The notes under the pieces were generated by a model. It made no database searches. It saw only the letters and a list, made by a program, of their open reading frames with translations, and was not told the origin of the DNA. DNA of 64,000 bases from Mustelus asterias (lineage: Eukaryota). Of this stretch, positions 51,301 to 61,642 are shown piece by piece. Made by a program: the position numbers and the translations under genes. The stretch spans positions 74,772,001 to 74,836,000 of the forward strand of contig NC_135813.1 in the NCBI RefSeq assembly GCF_964213995.1, in the 5' to 3' direction. Every line of letters begins with the position of its first letter. Position 1 is the first letter of the stretch.

Positions 51301-54300
51301 TCAGTGGTAAATTGAAGAGCAAATATGTGCGCAATTCGCAGAGGGGTGTAAAAATAATAAGAGGATAATTATATTAGGTGATTTCAACTTTCCCAACATT
51401 AATTGGGATAGCCATCATGTTAAGGGCTTAGATGGAGTAGAGTTCTTAAATTGTATACAGGAAATCTTCTTAGGTCAATAAGTGGAGGATCCAACAAGGG
51501 AAGGAGCTATGCTGGATCTAATTTTGGCGAATGAAGCCGGACAGGTGGTTATGTGTTGGTGGGGGAGCATTTTGGTGATAGTGACCACAACATGGTTCAA
51601 TTCAAATTTGTTATGGACAAAGAAATTGACAAGTTGCAGAAAAGGGCCTTGGATTGGGGGAGATTAGATTTTAACAAAATTAGGCAGGATCTGGTCAAGG
51701 TAGACTGGAACGAGTTACTCGTGGGAAAATCTACAGAAGAGCCGGGGGGGGTGGGGGGGGGGGCAGTGTTCAAAAATGAAATGGGGAGGGTACAGGCCCA
51801 ACATGTTCCTTCTAGGGTAATAGGAAGGTGTAACAAATCCAAAGAACCATGGATGACCAGAGACATCCAGGATACAAAGAGAAGGAAAAGAGAGACTTTT
51901 AGCAAGTATAAGAGGAGTAAGTCTGTGGAGGCATTAGTGGAGTACAGAAAGTGCAGGATGGAGTTTAAGAAATCAATTAGGAGAGCAAAGATGGGATATG
52001 AGAAAGCTCTGGCTGGTAAAAATAGGGAAAATCCTAAGATATTTTATAAGTATATCAGTGGGAAGAGGATAACCAGGGAAAGAGTAGGGCCCATTAGGGA
52101 CCAAGAGGGAAATCTGTGGGTGGAGGCAGAGGACATTGGTAGGGTGTTAAATGAATATTTCACATCTGTCTTCACCCATGAGAATGAGGAGGTAGTTATG
52201 GAACTTGGGAAGTGAGACTGTGAGGCTCTAGAGAAAATTATCATAGGGAGTGACAAGGTATTGGAGGTAATAGCGGGCTTAAAAGTGGACAAATCTCCAG
52301 GTCCGGGTGAATTGTGTCCCAGGCTGTTGTGGGAGGCAAGGGAGGAAATTGTGAGGGTTCTGACCCAAATTTTTAATTCCTCCCTGGCCTCCGGGGAGGT
52401 GCCAGAGGATTGGAGAACAGCTACTGTGGTCCCACTATTTAAGAAAGGTTGTGGAAACAAGCCAGGGAACTACAGACCAGTGAGTTTCACATCTGTGGTT
52501 GGGAAAGTACTTGAGAAGATTCTGAAGGAGAGAGTCTATCTCCATTTGGAGAGGCAAGGTTTGATCAGGGATGGTTAACCATCAGCATGGTTTTGTCAGA
52601 GGGAGGTCATGCCTAACAAATTTGATTGAATTTTTTGAGCATGTAACCAAGTGTGTGGATGAGGGTTGTGCGGTTGATGTAATTTACATGGATTTCAACA
52701 AAGCCTTTGACAAAGTCCCACATGGGAGACTTATTAAGAAGGCTAATGCACATGGGATACAGAGTGATCTGACAAGGTGGATTCATAATTGGCTTAGCTG
52801 TCGGAGGCAGAGGGTGGTGACAGACGGCTGCTTTAGTGACTGGAGGCCAGTGACCAGTGGCATACCACAGAGATCCATGCTGAGCCCCCTATTGTTCGTC
52901 ATTTATATAAATGTCATAGATGACTATATGGGGGGGTAAAATCAGTAAGTTTGCCGATGACACAAAGATTGGCCGAGTGGTTAACAGTGACGTTTAGTGT
53001 CTTGAGTTACAGGAAGATATAGATTGTAGAAAAAAAATCATAGAAACCCTACAATGCAGAAAGAGGCCATCTGGCCCATCGAGTCTGCACCGATCACAAT
53101 CCCACCCAGGCCCTACCCCCACATCCCTACACATTTACCCGCTAATCCCTCTAACCTACGCATCTCAGGACACTAAGGGGCAATTTTTTTAGCATGGCCA
53201 ATCAACCTAACCCGCGCATCTTTGAACTGTGGGAGGAAACCGGAGCACCCGGAGGAAACCCACGCAGACACGAGGAGAATGTGCAAACTCCACACAGACA
53301 GTGACCCAAGCCGGGAATCGAACCCAGGTCGCTGTAGCTGTGAAGCAGCAGTGCTAACCACTGTGCTACCGTGCCGCCCCGTGATCAAGATGAGATGGTC
53401 AAATGGGCAGATAAATGGCAGGTAGAATTTAACCCTGGAAAGTGTGAGATGATGCACTTTGGAACGAGTAATTTGACACTGGGAAGTTCTGACACTGGGA
53501 AGTTCCGAAGAACAAAGGCACCTTGGCGTGTTTGTCCATAGATCTCTGAAGGCAGAGAGGCAGGTTAATAGGGTGGTGAAAAAGGCATATTGCACACTAG
53601 CCTTTATCAATTGGGCTATAGATTACAAAAGCAGAGGGGTCATGATGGAGTTGTATAGAACTTTGGTGAGGCCTCAGCTGGAGTACTGTGTGCAGTTCTG
53701 GCCGCCACATTATAGGAAGGATGTGAATACACTGGAGGGGGTGCAGAGGAGATTCACCAGAATGCTGCCTGGGATGGAACATTTAAGTTATGAAGAGAGG
53801 TTTGATAGGCTTGGGTTGTTTTTGTTGGAGCAGAGAAGACTGAGGGGTGACCTGATTGAGGTGTTCAAGATTATGAGGGGCATGGCAGGGTGGATAGGGA
53901 GTAGCTGTTCCCCTTGGTTGAAGGGTCAGTCATGAAGGGACACAAGTTAAAAGTGAGGGTGGGAGGTTTAGGGGGGATTTGAGGAAAAACCTTTTTACTC
54001 AGAGGGTGGTGACGTTCTGGGATGCACTGCCTGGGAAGGTGGTGGAGACAGGAAGCCTCACATCCATTAAAAAAGTACCTGGATGAGTACTTGGCATGCC
54101 ATAACATTCAAGGCTATGGGCCAAGTGCTGGCAAATAGGATTAGGTGGGTAGGTCAGAGCATTTCATGCGTCGGTGCAGACTCGATGGGCCGAAGGGCCT
54201 CTTCTGCACTGTAGTATTCTGTGATTCTCTGATGTAAAATCGCCAGCTCCAACGCACCCCTCCCTGATGAGCTCAATGCATTCTATGCCCGTTTTGAGCA

Positions 54301-57300
54301 AGAGGTCAGCGAGAGCACGCCCTCCACCCTGGAAGCCTCAGATGAACCTGATGTATCTGAGATCACCATGACAGATGTCAGAACAGCCTTCTCGAAGGTC
54401 AGCCCACGGAAAGCGACTGGCCCGGATGGGGTACCCGGACGAGCACTCAGATCCTTTGTGGATCAGCTGGCAGGGGTATTTGCAGACATCTTCATCCTCT
54501 CTTTACAACAATCTGAGGTCCCTGTCTGCTTTAAGAAGACAACCATCATCCCGGTACCAAAGAAAAGCCAAGCAGCGTGCTTTAATGACTGTCATCCAGT
54601 CGCTTTGACATCCATCATTATGAAGTGCTTTGAAAGGTTAGTCATGGCACAAATCAATTCCAGCACCTGGATTGCCTGGATCCACTATAGTTCGCCTACC
54701 GCCGCGACAGGTCCACAGTGGATGCCATCTCCCTGGCCCTGCACTCAACCCTGGAACACCTAGATGATAAAGTCACCTATGTCAGACTCTTATTTATTGC
54801 CTACAGCTCAGCCTTCAACACCATCATTCCTGCGAAACTCATCTCCAAACTCCTCAACACCGTGCCCCACTAGACTGTGTCCTCAGCCCTCTATTATACT
54901 CCTTATACACCGATGACTGTGTGGCCAAATTCCCCTCCAATTCGATTTTCAAGTTTGCTGACAACACCACCGTAGTGGGTCGGATCTCAACCAGTGACGA
55001 GACAGAGTACAGGAATGAGATAGAGAATCTGGTGAACTGGTGCGACGACAATAATCTCTCCCTCAATATCAACAAAACAAAGGAGATAGTCATCGACTTC
55101 AGGAAGCACAGTGGAGAACATGCCCCTGTCCACATCAATGGGGACGAAGTAGAAATGGTTGAGTGCTTCAAGATTTTATGTGTCCAGATCACCAACAACC
55201 TGTCCTGGTCCCCCCATGCCGACACTATGGTTAAGAAAGCCCACCAACGCCTCTACTTTCTCAGAAGACTAAGGAAATTTGGCATGTTTGCTGCTTCTCC
55301 AGCTTTTCCACCAACTTTTACAGATACATCATAGAAAACATTCTTTATAGTTGTATCAGAGCTTAGTATAGCTCCTGCTCTTCCCAAGAACGCAAGAAAC
55401 TACAAAAGGTCGTGAATGTAGCCCAATCCATCACGCAAACCAGCCTCCCATCCATTGACTCTGTCTACACTTCCCGCTGCCTTGGAAAAGCAGCCAGCAT
55501 AATTAATGACCCACGCACACGGACATTCTCTCTTCCACCTTCTTCCTTCGGGAAAAAGATACAAAAGTCTGAGGTCACGTACCAACCGACTCAAGAACAC
55601 CTTCTTCCCTGCTGCCATCAGACTTCTGAATGGACCTACCTCGCACTAAGTTGATCTTTCTCTACACCCGAGCTATGTCTGTAACACTACATTCTACACT
55701 CTCTCCTTTCCTTCTCAATGAACGGTATGCTTTGTCTGCATAGTGCAAGAAACAATACTTTTCACTGTATTCCACTAATACATGTGGCAATAATAAATCA
55801 AATAAAATAAATCAAATCAAATCAAAAGCCTATTGCTTTAAGACCATCTTCAATCATTACCTACTTCCAGAACTACTTGTATCTGATTATGTTTGCCTCT
55901 GTGAAGCATTAAGTGTGCTAAAAGAAAAGTGCAAGCTATTCATTCCCCTTCCAAAAAAGTACCATACATACAAAACTTAAGCGACACATTCTTTAAACAG
56001 TTACCTCCTTTGACATTTTGATTACGTTCTCCAAGAATTTTGGATAAATGGAATATGCCTCCACTTTCTTCTTCAGTTTCTCCCTCTTCTTGATGAGATC
56101 TTCCAGCTCTATTTTAAATTGAACAAGATCCTTTTCCTTCTGTTTTATTAGTTCGGTCTCAGTAATTATTTTGCTCTTTGCTCTTTTTTGCTTGGCATCA
56201 TTTTCCTTAGGAGGCGGAAGAGGTAAAGTAACAAGCATCACTGCACAAATTACTGTCACGTTAAAAAAACGGTTTTGAATAGGTCATCTTCCCCTGCAAA
56301 CCCTTTTAAGTTGCATCTCTAATTCAGGCCTAATGATTGCCTAGGATTGTGGGAGGCCCTTGTCTGAATATCTTACCCTGAGTTATTCCCTCACTTAAGA
56401 TGAGCAAATAATATAGCTTCCGCATGCCCTTTGATGACCTAAATTGAATGTTCCCAGTCACTTTTATTGGAGCAATATTACTGCCTCTGAACCCGAAGCT
56501 CTGGGTTCGAGTCCCACCCCAGGACTTGATGGCCAAGGGAGGTGGGTTTATAAAGCCGCCGATAGGTTGACTGTCAACTTGCAAAAATGCTTCCAACACG
56601 TCAATGGCGGGCGGTAAGAGTGGGGGAGACTCCTGGTCAGCCAGGCCTGGTGTGAAGTGACGCCCCTCAAGTTATAAGCCTCCCACAATGAAAGTTGGTA
56701 CGTGCAATTTGAGATCACTGGGACCGCAAATGTACATTCAGACCCCTGGCTCAGAAATGTCTCATCTGCCAATGGCCAAAAGCATGTATTGTGTGGTCTT
56801 CGAAACCAATCAACACAAAACATTTGGCACTGACCTCTGGAGGCCCTGTATGACCTGGTAGGCCTCAACATTAAAATGTAACAAGGCCAAGTACCAGGAG
56901 TCGAAGTCATGTCTTGATAGACACAATTGTCCAAAACTGGCAGTGATACTAGAAACAACAGGGTATGTTACACAGTGAACGTTCTGATCCACTTGGAAAT
57001 AACAAGTAACAGACTCTATACTCCTTAAAGGAGCAAAGTGCCTGCTGCTGGCAGTTTAAAATAAACCATGCTCTTTCCCTTTAACTAAATGAAACTAGAG
57101 ATGGACTTAGAGCAGTCGGAATGCTAAAAACCAAAAGCTGCTTAAAAGCCCACATGAATCATAGAAATCGTAGAATCCTACAGTGCAGAAGGAGGCCATT
57201 CAGCCCATCGAATCTGCACCGACCACAATCTCACCCAGGCCTTATCCATAACCTCATGCATTTACTCTAGCTAGTAGCCCTGACACTAAGGGGCAACTTA

Positions 57301-60300
57301 GCATGGCCAACCGCACAGGAGTAGAGGCCACTACTGAATAGTTATACTTTAGCTCTTCTTTTCTGACTTGTGATACATAGAATTATACAGAATCTATAGC
57401 ACAGAAACAGCCTGACTATGCCAACAAAAGTATATGCCTTTGTTTGTGCTCGAAATCAGCTTCCTCTCACCATGTTTGATCTAACCTTATTAACATAATC
57501 TTTTACTCCTTTCTCCTTCATAGGCTTATTGAGCAATCTCTTAAATGCAACCATGCTACTAACCTCAGCTACTCCGTGTAGTAGCAAGTTCCACATTTCA
57601 ACTACTCTGAGAAATTCACCAAAATTTCTTCTTGTATTCATTAGTGATGATTTTATATTTATGACTGTTAGTTTTGGATTCTCCGACAAGTGGAAATATA
57701 TTCTGTACGTTCCCTCTATCAATCCCCTTCATAATTTTAAAGTCAGCTATTAGGACATCCCTCAACTATCCCTTCTTTAGAGAAAAAAGCTATGGCCTGT
57801 TCAGTCCTTCGTGATGGTCATATCCCTTTGGTTCTGATATGATTCTTGTGATTATCGTTTGCACCCTTCTCCGGTTCTTGTATATCCTTGTTGTGATGTG
57901 TAGACCAAAGCTGTAAGCTGGACAGCTGGTTCATTATGCAGAGCGACGCCAACAGCGCGTGTTCAATTCCTGTCCCGTCTGAGGTTATTTATGAAGGCCC
58001 CACCTTCTTAACCCTGCCCCTTGCCTGAGGCGTGGTGATCCTCGGGTTAAATCACCACCAGTCCTTTTTTACCTTTTCACATTGTTTGTATTTTTTAAGG
58101 CTCTGTTAAACTTGTGTTGCGAGTTTTTGTTTGTCTGTATCCCTGCATCTCTTTACTTCCACGGAATATGTTGATTGGCCAGGTTAAAAATTGCCCCTTT
58201 AGAATCCTGAGATGCGTAGGTTAGAGGGCTTAGCGGGTAAAAATGTGGGGGTAGGGCCTGGGTAGGACTGTGGTCGGTGCAGACTCGATGGGCCGAATGG
58301 CCTCCTTCTGCACTGTAGGGTTTCTATGATTTCTTCCTTTTATCCCTTCCAAAATGCACCACCTCATACTTATCTAGATTGAAATTCATTTTTAATTGCA
58401 CACCCTAAGGTTAACTAACTTATCAATTATCTCTCCTTTCTGTCTTAAATGTTACTATATCTTTTTAAACCTCATTTTCCAATATTATGTTCACCATGTT
58501 AGTCTCCCGGGTAAATATTGAGGCAATGCAATGATTCAATATTTATGCCATTCCTTTGTTATTATCTTTAAGTTTATACTTTTTATTATTAAGTGGCACA
58601 GCCTTCCTGATCTGCTTATTCCTCTGCCAATCAAGATGTGGCTCAGGTACTTATCTAGAGATTACCACTCATGAAATCCTGCTTTGTAATTGTTTCCTAG
58701 CTCCTCCTACTCCCTCATTAGCACCTCCTCCTTGTTCTTTCCTATGTAATGCCTCCTGACATGGACCCACAAGAACTGAATCTACCTCCTCACCCCCCCC
58801 GTGACCCCCCTTCTTTATCAAGCTGTCCCTCTGAGATACCCTTTAACCATTGCATCAAGGAGGCAGCACATCCTCCTGGACTCTCACTCACGACAGCAGA
58901 GAATGCTATCTGTCTTCCTAATTATCAAATCCCCTGTGTTTGCACCCATTCTACTCTGTTCCTCCCTGTCTTTAGACTGCCTCCTGCTCCTTGGTGCCAT
59001 GGTTAGCATTCTAGCCATCTTACTTGCACACTTCATCCTTATCCTTATAGGTAGTTTACATTGAGGCCTTGTGGCACAGCCTCTGAGCCTGAAGCTCTGG
59101 GTTCAAGTCCCACAGTAAGAAGTCTCACAACACCAGGTTAAAATCCAACAGGTTTATTTGGTAGCAAATACCATAAACTTTCGGAGCGCTGCCCCTTCGT
59201 CAGATGGAGTGGATATCTGCTCACAAACAGTGCACAGACACAGAAATCAAGTTACAGAATACTAATTAGAATGCGAATCTCTAAAGCCAGCCAGGTCTTA
59301 AAGGTACAGACAATGTGGGTGGAGGGAGCATTCAACACAGGTTAAAGAGATGTGTATTGTCTCCAGACAGAACAGCTAGTGAGATTCTACAAGCCCAGGA
59401 GGCAAGCTGTGGGGGTTACTGATAATGTGACATAAATCCAACATCCCGGTTTAGGCCGTCCTCATGTGTGCGGAACTTGGCTATCAGTTTCTGCTCAGCG
59501 ACTCTGCGCTGTCGTGTGTCGTGAAGGCCGCCTTGGAGAATGCTTACCTGAAGATCCAAGGCTGAATGCCCGTGACTGCTGAAGTGCTCCCCCACAGGAA
59601 GACCCCTCTTCCTGTGGGGGAGCACTTCAGCAGTCACGGGCATTCAGCCTTGGATCTTCAGGTAAGCGTTCTCCAAGGCAGCCTTCATGACACACGACAG
59701 CGCAGAGTCGCTGAGCAGAAACTGATAGCCAAGTTCCGCACACATGAGGACGGCCTAAACCGGGATGTTGGATTTATGTCACATTATCAGTAACCCCCAC
59801 AGCTTGCCTCCTGGGCTTGTAGAATCTCACTAGCTGTTCTGTCTGGAGACAATACACATCTCTTTAACCTGTGTTGAATGCTCCCTTCACCCACATTGTC
59901 TGTACCTTTAAGACCTGGCTGGCTTTAGAGATTCGCATTCTAATTAGTATTCTGTAACTTGATTTCTCTGTCTGTGCACTGTTTGAGAGCAGATATCCAC
60001 TCCATCTGACGAAGGGGCAGCGCTCCGAAAGCTTATGGTATTTGCTACCAAATAAACCTGTTGGACTTTAACCTGGTGTTGTGAGACTTCTTACTGTGCT
60101 TACCCCAGTCCAACGCCGGCATCTCCACTTCAAGTCCCACCCCAGGACTTGATGGCCAAGGAAGGTGGGTTTATAAAACTGCCGATAGGTTGACTGTCAA
60201 CTTGCAAAAATTCTTCCAACACGTCAATGGCAGACGGTAAGAGTGGGAGAGACTCCTGGTCAGCCGGGCTTGGTGAGGAGTGACACCCCTCAAGTTATAA

Positions 60301-60836
60301 GCCTTTGGCGACAGACACGTGGCCTGTTCCAGGAGTAACTAGCTATGGAAACAGATGAAAGGCTGCTTTGGTGCACCACCAAAAATAGAGTATGTAATAG
60401 CTGTTGGATAGGTCCAGTGTCTGCAGGGCCTCATTCCCCACCTCCCTTTGACTGTACCGCATACAACATGGAAGTGACATATTTCATGTGAATATAGTGA
60501 TGTTACTGCTACTTTTGACACCACTTAATTTCTGATCAATTTACCCAGAAAATGACCTTTGGACTGTGTTATTCTTGGAACGGGCTGGCTCCATGAACAT
60601 CATAGCTCAAGAATTAATTCTGAATAGGTTACTGAGTTACAAAATAAGAGTCATCATTAAACACGGATATTTTCAAAGCCAACAAATATAATCAGAATGG
60701 TCTGGCCAGTCCACACTGCCTCCATGTTTACCTCCAAGAACTTATCAAATTTGATAAACGATTGTTTCAGCTCCTCTTCCTTCTTGTTTAGTTCCTCTCT
60801 TCTCTGCTGTAACAGTTTGAGTTTCACCTGGAATTC
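42273..60836 (-). CDS. CFAP73: Cilia- and flagella-associated protein 73 (CCDC42B), 3' five coding exons; 5' exons not found in the window
   Basis: Phase-0 exons 60732-60836, 56005-56205, 48409-48630, 47289-47444 and 42273-42356 join in frame. DUF4200-type coiled coil (EF...QQRREEL..KE..LK.S..KFDKFL.ENDAK) and [12 protein letters not shown] motif of the CCDC42 family. CFAP73 rather than CCDC42 is inferred from tail-to-tail synteny with DDX54. Confidence 0.85.
42930..43110 (+). mobile_element. V-SINE 5' fragment
   Basis: tRNA head and V-domain. Confidence 0.82.
43795..44092 (+). mobile_element. V-SINE, tail type 2
   Basis: Full-length copy ending gcctacttgtgacactagtgaataaact. Confidence 0.86.
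46038..46301. mobile_element. PLE family A fold-back insertion
   Basis: ~100-bp inverted arms, tail, TSD agtaattcctgg (46027-46038 and 46302-46313). Confidence 0.88.
46172..46208 (+). ncRNA. Minimal hammerhead motif (mirror copy on the minus strand at 46094-46130)
   Basis: ccat-CTGACGA-a-ggagc agt gctcc-GAAA-gc-TA-gtgg. Confidence 0.72.
46565..46952 (+). mobile_element. V-SINE followed by a second 5' head fragment
   Basis: ggttagcactg...ctgcactgtag, then gtggttagcactgctgcctc. Confidence 0.8.
47289..47444 (-). CDS. CFAP73: CFAP73 exon
   Basis: tacag|[29 protein letters not shown]...DTDTQLDA|gtaagt. Confidence 0.9.
47941..48166. mobile_element. PLE family A fold-back insertion inside a V-SINE
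   Basis: Arms meet at catcagg-actta-cctgatg. TSD tacc(c)caaacaggc. Confidence 0.88.
48032..48068 (+). ncRNA. Minimal hammerhead motif
   Basis: ttac-CTGATGA-a-ggggc agc gctcc-GAAA-gc-TA-gtgg. Confidence 0.65.
48409..48630 (-). CDS. CFAP73: CFAP73 exon
   Basis: ttaag|[14 protein letters not shown]...[22 protein letters not shown]|gtaagt. Confidence 0.88.
48720..49160 (+). mobile_element. CR1 3' end fragment
   Basis: [25 protein letters not shown]...RRNFF. A similar minus-strand tail lies at 45180-45350. Confidence 0.85.
49672..49992 (+). mobile_element. V-SINE, CR1-type tail, nested in a GC-rich MITE-like element (49379-50325)
   Basis: Full-length copy. The host resumes across a cctcatg duplication. 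Confidence 0.85.
50940..51064. mobile_element. PLE family A minimal fold-back insertion (~40-bp arms) inside Rex1
   Basis: caacagg-tttatt-cctgttg centre, tail, TSD ctatacaagaaa (50928-50939 and 51065-51076). Confidence 0.85.
51209..54229 (+). mobile_element. CR1/HER1-like LINE (~3 kb, endonuclease remnant plus RT), disrupted, inserted in Rex1
   Basis: [64 protein letters not shown]. 3' tail ctgtagtattctgtgattct. Confidence 0.93.
53037..53380 (-). mobile_element. V-SINE nested in CR1
   Basis: Full-length, well-preserved copy. Confidence 0.88.
56005..56205 (-). CDS. CFAP73: CFAP73 exon
   Basis: ctaag|[12 protein letters not shown]...[17 protein letters not shown]|gtaact. Confidence 0.88.
57375..57915 (-). 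mobile_element. Degraded CR1 3' fragment
   Basis: Minus-strand RRNF...RVVEMWNLL. Confidence 0.6.
59114..60128. mobile_element. Penelope-like element (family A) fold-back insertion: 492-bp inverted arms, GIY-YIG C-terminus, hammerheads, 30-nt tail
   Basis: Arms 59111-59602 and 59607-60098 around a CCCC loop. Both encode [13 protein letters not shown]...[27 protein letters not shown]. 12-bp TSD ttcaagtcccac (59102-59113 and 60129-60140). Confidence 0.92.
60002..60038 (+). ncRNA. Minimal type I hammerhead ribozyme motif (PLE-type)
   Basis: ccat-CTGACGA-a-ggggc agc gctcc-GAAA-gc-TT-atgg: stem I ccat/atgg, palindromic AGCT stem III. Confidence 0.75.
60732..60836 (-). CDS. CFAP73: CFAP73 exon
   Basis: ggtag|[35 protein letters not shown]|gtaaac. 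Confidence 0.88.
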
Positions 60837-61304
60837 CTACCAAAAGGGGAAACATGACTTCATAAAAAACATACACAGAAGTTTCTTACAGATCATCAGT
60901 CCTTACTAAAAAGAGTGACTGGTTAAGTTCAACTGACTTCGTGACCTCATTCAATCATTGGAGGAAGTTACAAATACTTCTTCTTTTCACCGATTATAGT
61001 GGAAAGAAATCTGCTCAGCAATTGACATGAGATATGAAATGTGACGACTCAGCAGTCTCATTTCAATTCCACCAGCAGGCCCACCCCCCCCCCCGCCCCA
61101 AGGGGAAGTGCCTGACTTCTGCTAAGTATTTAGCTATGACCACATGGGTTAATTTGACAATTCGCTGGTGTGATGGATCACAGATAGCTGTCATTTCAGG
61201 GCACTAGGAGTTGATACTACAATTCAGTGCACCTTTGCCTCACCAACACAGAATCAGTAGAATTTGCTGACAAAATTGTAGGGGATGTCTTGTGGCGCAG
61301 TGAG

Positions 61305-61642
61305 CATCATAGAATCCCTACACTGCAGAAGGAGGCCATTTGGCCCATCGAGTCTGCACTGACAACAAGCCCACCCAGGCCCTATCCCTGTAACTCCACT
61401 TATTTGCCCTGATAATTCTTCTAATCTACGCATCCCAAGACACTAAGGGACAATTTACCATGGTCAATCCATCTAACCCACACATCTTTGGATTGAGGGA
61501 GGAAACCGGAGCACCCGGAGGAAACCCACGCAGCCATGGGGAGAACGTGCAAACTTCACACAGACAGTAACCCAAGCCGGGAATCAAATCCAGGTCCCTG
61601 GAGCTGTGAAGCAGCAGTGCTAACCACTGTGCCACCGTGCCA
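61305..61642 (-). mobile_element. V-SINE, CR1-type tail
   Basis: Full-length copy. Partial copies also at 45350-45520 (+), 57157-57312 (-) and 58170-58332 (+). Confidence 0.85.

Larger units (their letters stand above)
50700..55825 (+). mobile_element. Rex1/Babar-type LINE split by nested insertions
   Basis: 5' part 50700-51208 (FPNRKPW), resuming at 54230 ([65 protein letters not shown]). (AATCA)n tail. Confidence 0.85.
59065..60340 (+). mobile_element. Second tRNA-derived SINE family copy, split by the 1-kb PLE palindrome
   Basis: cctctgagcctgaagctctgggttcaagtcccac|...|cccaggacttgatggccaagg. Sibling copies at 56483-56680 (+), 61648-61860 (+) and 46320-46560 (-). Confidence 0.75.

Noticed and set aside
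51745-51763. G-run as a functional G-quadruplex
   Set aside because: Homopolymer expansion inside a dead CR1.
59416-59793. Two overlapping antiparallel 75-aa ORFs as a gene pair
   Set aside because: They are mirror images created by the palindrome and encode only a truncated endonuclease C-terminus.
59111-60098. Assembly artefact (read fold-back)
   Set aside because: The arms differ at several positions, a clean 12-bp TSD is present, the host SINE resumes, and five smaller copies have the same design. Long reads would still be the final check.
9155-60128. Dispersed ~40-nt identical repeats (acaacaccaggttaaagtccaacaggtttatt) as a CRISPR-like array
   Set aside because: Eukaryotic locus. The repeats are inverted, dispersed, flanked by TSDs and contiguous with a GIY-YIG ORF end. 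There are no spacers or cas genes.
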